From: Eledone cirrhosa
Lineage: Eukaryota
Direction of reading: 5' to 3'
DNA: 64,000 bases
Assembly (NCBI GenBank): GCA_964016885.1
Contig: OZ024741.1
Coordinates: forward strand, 124,868,001 to 124,932,000
Shown: positions 57,087-64,000 of the stretch, one piece after another
Layout of the letters: the number at the start of each line of letters is the position of its first letter
How positions within the stretch are numbered: position 1 is the first letter of the stretch
Notes under the pieces: generated by a model
What the model saw: only the letters and a program-made list of their open reading frames with translations
What the model was told of the DNA's origin: nothing
The model's database searches: none
Program-made: the position numbers and the translations under genes

Positions 57087-57123
<37 letters not shown>

Positions 57124-57601
57124 GGTACATGTGCATATGGTTATGCGTATGTGTGAGTTTTGCGTCTGTGTGAGTATGCGGGTTCGTACGTATGTAGGGT
57201 GTGTGTATATGTGTACTTTGTGTTTTGGTTGACGTCGTCTGCGTACATATGTGTATTTACAGGTGGTATGTGTGTGAGCGCGTTTATACGTATTTATGTG
57301 TGCATATTTCTATACGTTTATATAATTATATGTATACACGCACACTCACACACACATATTTTTTTATATATATTGTATGTGTAATTGGTGTATACGTTCG
57401 TATGCGTGCGGGTACAGGTGTTGCGTGGGGTCTGTATGTTGTTGTTTTTTTGTTGTTTTTTTGTGTACGTGCTTGTATTGGCATACCCATTGTGGGTGTT
57501 TTAGCGTAGAAGCCTTTTCTATATTAAATATTTATACTCTGCTTTATATTGAGTACCTTACTTACTGTGATTACCCCCGGTTGAACCCGGGATGAACTCA
57601 T

Positions 57602-57668
<67 letters not shown>

Positions 57669-57810
57669 AGTTGACGGACCCAGCATATTTAACAATGCCA
57701 AGACCGGTTGTATTTCAGTGTACTCAATAGATAATGTAGAACACATTCCAGAGTATACACATGGTTATTCGCTACAATACAACACACGTAAACCGGTGTC
57801 TATATTAGTT

Positions 57811-57921
57811 CCAGGACTCGAGTTTTGGCCACACTTAATGCAACAGTAGGGTGCACTGCACCCTCTGTCTGCATATATTATGCAACAATGCATAATCGGC
57901 GCATGTGGATTCATCAGCGGG
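57811..57921 (-). ncRNA. Decayed long-stem-II hammerhead in a ~300-bp island between (TA)n tracts
   Basis: Reads CCCG-CTGATGA-atCCACA-(~70 nt with hairpins)-TGTGGcc-AAAAC-tcga-GTC-CTGG. G12 is mutated. Confidence 0.55.
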
Positions 57922-58532
57922 CATGGCCTAATCAATAACCAATCGATCGACAGATATATATCAATATATATATATATATATATAAAAGTATATGGAGAGA
58001 GAGAGAAAGAGAGAGTATGTTCTTAAATTGTATATTTACACATTGTTTTATTAAACAGTTCACTTCACAACTACGTTGTTGTGGATTGACTTCTACTATA
58101 CAGCAACCCGGTCAAGTGTATTTCACTATAACCTCGGGTTGATCTCTCTCTTGTGAGTGGAATGCAGTAATGAAAGAAAGTGACATACTCAATCGTGTGA
58201 ATATGTGTGAATCCGTTTGAATCTCTTTCTACTTCTGTGTCTCTGCCTGTCTTCCTCAAAAAAGATCGGTAAAATATCTACTAAACATGAAAATATAAGT
58301 GTTGTTTAATATATTCGACTAAATCTAGGCGTTGCTCCGGCATGGCCGGAACGTCGCGACTAAAACCAGTAAAGGAATAAAAGAGTCTTATTTAACTTCC
58401 TACGCATTAAGAAAAAATATAGCAATCTAAATCGGATATATATTTTTTATTTGTATATAAAGAAATTTAAAGCTACTTAGCGATTACGAAGAAAACACGA
58501 GAACTTAATGAGATTAGGTACAGTAAGTAATA

Positions 58533-58623
58533 ATTGTTTCTACTTTAGGCACAAGGCCAGTAAATACCCAGTACATTACTTGTACTTTATTTTATCGAAC
58601 CCGTAAGGATGAAAGGCAAAGTT
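58533..58623 (-). mobile_element. SINE 3' fragment
   Basis: Reverse-complement match to the 27612 family. Confidence 0.8.
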
Positions 58624-59749
58624 ATAATGAAAATATATCCACTGTATGAAAACTGGTTAGGTGAAAAATACTGAATGAAAGTATTGAATGGACATACAGA
58701 ATGAAGAGAATAAAATAACTGATTCAGAAACCGGATATAATTTTGTATTATTGGCAGAATCGTTATATCATCGGGCGAATTTCCTTGTTTTATATGCTCC
58801 AGCTCTGCTGGAAATTGTTTTTGAGATGGACCTCTCTCAGTTTCGACGGGAGGTGTTCCAGTTGCTTGACCAATGAAAGAGCATGTTCATGAAATTAACA
58901 TCTAAGAGGCTAACATTTCTCAAACATGTTTACCCTTAAGGTTGACTCAGATCAGAGAACAGAGAGTTTGAACGACTGTTCAAAAAAAAATCTTTTCAAC
59001 GTTCTAACGAGTCAGCCATTTCGCCGCCTGGTGTAAAAAGAAAACTTAACAGAAATAGAAATTACGTTCAAGTCACATACGCAACTTAAACCCGCTCCAG
59101 AAAGATTGAACAAAGAAAGTTTGTTTACATGTTCTTATGTCCTAGCAATGTTTCGTATGATTCTCAGTTGAACACAGTTATTCAATAAATAATTCAATAA
59201 ATAATTCAATAAATAATTCAATAAACAAGAAAAAACATTTAATATATAAAAATATTTGTTCAATATTTTCGAAAAAAAATCACATTCAATATCAGGTTTA
59301 TATGAGTCAAGTGGATAAAAGTAATTAATTAGATTCCTAATTAGATTTAATTATTAAAAACGTGAAAAAATAATTTTCATTGTTTATATACATCGAACTA
59401 AGTTTCCAATATATCACACATTTTAGATCCCTATGGCATTCAAATTTAACAAGCCAATTCAACAGATATCGATTTCTTTTAATATCCAATGATACACGAG
59501 TACTCTCACACGCACACGCATATATTGTATATATATGTAAACACACACACATACACACTCACTTACACACACGCACACACACGCACACAGACACACACAC
59601 ACAGACACACACACACATATATATATATACACGCACGCACACATACACTGCGGAAAACAACAGATACATGTATTTCAAAATAACATGTTTGCGGGATCTT
59701 CTGTATGTTCCTAATAGAATCTCAACCATAATCATAAGCTATGTGTGAT

Positions 59750-59803
<54 letters not shown>

Positions 59804-59956
59804 AGTTGAGACAGTAAACAGAAAACAAATAAACGTGGAAGCGAAGAGGCAGTACAAATGTTATTATTAAATTCATGCTTGAGAGTGGGGTGCGGGTTAG
59901 GTGCGGTGTGGGTGTGAGAGGGGGTGTGCTATGGAGTAGGGCATATAGATACATAG

Positions 59957-60012
<56 letters not shown>

Positions 60013-60030
60013 ATGAGTGGGTAATATGAG

Positions 60031-60141
60031 AAGAGCCAGGACCACGACGGCTAGGCTCCGGCCGTTTCGACAGCTAGATCCGAACAGTTTGGATCTAGCT
60101 GTCGAAACGGCTGGAGCTCAGCTGTCGGGGTCCTGACTCTT
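60031..60141. repeat. ~110-bp hairpin between (TA)n tracts
   Basis: gccgtttcgacagctagatcc-gaacagttt-ggatctagctgtcgaaacggc forms a perfect 21-bp core with imperfect outer arms. Confidence 0.9.
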
Positions 60142-60335
60142 TTATATATATATATATATATATAATAGAATTAGGATTTAGCTTCATGCATAGCTATATA
60201 CAGATATGTATAGAAACTTCGTATTTCTAAAGAAACACGGTATGTTTACAGGTAAACATTTAGAAAGCCGTAGCTATGCAAAAAACACCGGGGCTAACGC
60301 CGTCTGCTCATGTCCAGTGAAGCAAGGAAGACAAT

Positions 60336-60375
60336 CGTCGATGCATTTCGGACTTAACTAGTTCTCATCAGGACG
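60336..60375 (-). ncRNA. Minimal type I hammerhead
   Basis: Reads CGTC-CTGATGA-GAACT-agtta-AGTCC-GAAAT-gc-ATC-GACG, with a palindromic stem III (ATGCAT). Confidence 0.8.
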
Positions 60376-61371
60376 GTTCCTCCCACATTTGCGACTGCTA
60401 GACTTGAAAACAGTCGAGAATATATAGTTTTCTCGTCTGTGTAAATGAGGTGATTAATCTCATTTGCATATGAAGCTGCATAATTTGGCTGTAGCTCATT
60501 AAATTTTACACATATCTACAAACAATACCTATATATCAAGCATACTGCTACAATAAGATTGTTTTTTTCTATCACAAATATCAAAGTTCTGAATCTACAT
60601 ACCTCCCCGAAAATATATTTTACTCCAAAGTTAATCGAGCATTTATATGCATATGCCGGACATATTTTTCATGTATACGCATATATTGGCCATATATGTA
60701 ATTCTGACATAGAACTGAATTAATACAATTCAAATTGTTAATTACTTATACGTGTCAGTAATCGCATATGTTCAGATTTTTCCCTCACCAAGTGTACGTT
60801 AATTGATTTTCAACTAATATTTATATTTTTAAATAATACTTATATTGAACGAATATTACCATGGGTATTTGTGATCCGACAGCTACATATCAAATCTCAA
60901 ATGTTCAAGTCAATCTCACGCTTCCAATTTACATATATAGTTGAAAAGTTTCCTTTTACTAAAAAGAGGGGAACTAAAGTAAGGTACACCATACATGATG
61001 AAAGCATTAAACTTATTTTGTTGTGAAGTGAATTTTGCATAACTAGTTTCATTTTTATATTGATAACAGGCCTGGTAGGGTTTCACAGGAGTTGAGATGG
61101 GTTAAAGACATTTCATTTTTAATGATTAAAATGGCAACCAAAAAGAAGGAACGGAGGGGAGAGTTGTGATGGAGAAGTGTATATTAACATTCGAAAATAA
61201 TGAAACACGTGTATCAGTTTCCTCCGTATCCATTTAACATAAAAGGAAAGAGGTGCTGACATTAAAAGAAGATAAAACTAATAAATTGGATTGGATATCG
61301 TTGGAAGCATTAAGGCATTAACAGGAAATTCTATAGGAAAAGTCATGAGTACAAGAATAATAAATATAATA

Positions 61372-61720
61372 ATAATTGTTTCTACTTTTGGCACAAGGCC
61401 AGCAATTACCCAGTGTATTACTGGTACTTTATTTTATCGACCCCGTAAGGATGAAAGGCAAAGTTAACCTCGGCGGGATTTGAACTCAGAATGGCAAGGG
61501 CCGTAACTCTATGCGTCAAAGCATGGCGTCCGACCCTCTACCGATACTGCCAATCCACCGCCCTTATAATAAATATAATTGTTTCTACTTTAGGCACAAG
61601 GCCAGCAATTACCCAGTGAATTACTGGTACTTTATTTTATCGACCCCATAAGGATGAAAGGCAAAGTCAACCTCGGCGGGATTTGAACTCAGATCGTAAA
61701 GGGACGTACGCCCTTATAAT
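61372..61720 (-). mobile_element. Two tandem SINE copies (61372-61566 full; 61576-61716 internally deleted)
   Basis: Reverse complements of the 27612 family, with ataataaatataat repeated at the boundaries. Confidence 0.88.
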
Positions 61721-61806
61721 AAATATAATAATAATAATTCCGGGAGTCCCAAACAAATGTATACACATTTCAATAGCATTCTAATGAATATTGCCTGTAC
61801 AGGTAA

Positions 61807-61840
<34 letters not shown>

Positions 61841-61854
61841 CAAATATGTATATA

Positions 61855-61912
<58 letters not shown>

Positions 61913-62014
61913 GTGGTAACAAATTATTGTTATAGGTAGTCCACTTAAGTGTAGTAAAATCCTTTCTTGTATAGCAAACCGTGTCACTCTTCTTTCCTGA
62001 TTTATATATATATA

Positions 62015-62768
<754 letters not shown>

Positions 62769-62974
62769 ACAATAACAACTCATGCACTGAAATATATTTT
62801 TTTGTATATGTGTGTGCGTATATGTATGTGAAGGTGTGTATATGAGTGAGAGAGTGTGTGGGTGTATGTGTGAGTGAGAGAGAGAGTATTATACATTAAT
62901 ATCATAAACAAAACAACCAGCACTGTAAAACAATAACAATATATCAAATTATACATACACTGAAATAAATACGA

Positions 62975-63030
<56 letters not shown>

Positions 63031-63035
63031 GTACA

Positions 63036-63115
<80 letters not shown>

Positions 63116-64000
63116 TATAAATTATATATGGGGTGAACCTGTATATGTGAGTACGTGTAATATACATTAATGGATTAAACAACCTAAATTGTGTAACAAT
63201 AACAAGTCAGGTTTCATTTCCACTGAAATGTTTATCCAATCCAATGTAATCAACGGCTTTCTCAATCCTCTCGGTGTAACCCTTCCCTGGTTGACTTTCA
63301 CCGCTTCTGTTTAGTTTTGGTCATATCTTGAGATGTATAGCAGTACTTACTACGCTTGGCCAATTGCGGATTGGTGAAGCCATTTAACCCATAGTTGGGG
63401 TGGGGTGTACAGCCATTAACTCTGAGAAGTTCATCCGCTCTTTTAACAGCTCTTGATTTTTTGTGCTACTAGGTTTCACGTACCCTCATCACCTGACTAG
63501 GGTCTGGTGTGGGAGCCATTTGGCCATATATGGTCCTAGTAGCAGGCTCAAGCTGACCTGTCGAAATATATGTACACCTGATATATTATTCCTTATCATA
63601 GTTCATAGTTATGTGTAAAGAGCCTCTACACTTCGTTTATGTCCCAAGGCTTTATCTATCTATATATATCTATTCATCTATCTATCGATACGGCGATACT
63701 CTTTCGCTCGCACACTACACAGGCAGGCGAAGGCATACTCTGACATGTACAAGTATCTCACTTATTCTCTCCTTCCCTCTCTTTCTCTCAGGAGTCACTC
63801 ATAATCAAGTATGACTTGCTGTTAGATTTATTTTTCAAATTATTATAATTAAACAATAAAAAAACTCCATCAACCATGCTTTGCTCATTCATGAAGATGT
63901 AGACCAAAGCCACTGGCACAACTATGCCTGCAAATATGGCGGTGCCCCAGCTTGGCCTCAGCCGGGTGGCTGGAACGGGTAAAAGAGTAATACAGATGGG

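Larger units (their letters stand above)
55580..57092. mobile_element. Retrozyme-like element: 678-bp monomer, ~335-bp direct repeat and ~495-bp inverted arm, in (TA)n
   Basis: aaagatttacatatacac at 55583 and 56261. Segment 56598-57090 is the reverse complement of about 55693-56188. No credible ORF. Confidence 0.88.

Overview
This is AT-rich, microsatellite-saturated metazoan DNA with no confidently identifiable host gene. The SINE and repeat content suggests a cephalopod such as octopus, which is an inference. Most of the supplied ORFs are (TA)n/(CA)n/(GA)n artefacts. The real coding remnants are retroelements: three Penelope-like elements (PLEs; RT and/or GIY-YIG) with inverted terminal segments, an R4/Dong-type endonuclease fragment inside (TAA)n, and an RTE-like LINE fragment. 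Many tRNA-derived SINE pieces are also present. The main hidden signal is RNA-structural. Many insertions sitting in or beside (TA)n tracts carry a type I hammerhead ribozyme (HHR) motif; I read about 20 dispersed intact or decayed motifs by eye, plus 15 in one array. The 7.2-kb satellite at 20045-27403 is 15 near-identical 472-bp units, each with a minimal HHR on the minus strand, ending in a twin-priming-type inversion. Three other non-coding families (about 479, 504 and 678 bp monomers) share the design: one HHR per monomer, an end-to-start junction, an inverted arm and (TA)n flanks. Together this looks like a set of retrozyme-like, putatively circular-RNA parasites mobilised into TA microsatellites by co-resident PLEs. 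All alignments and folds were done by eye; coordinates are approximate and activity is untested.
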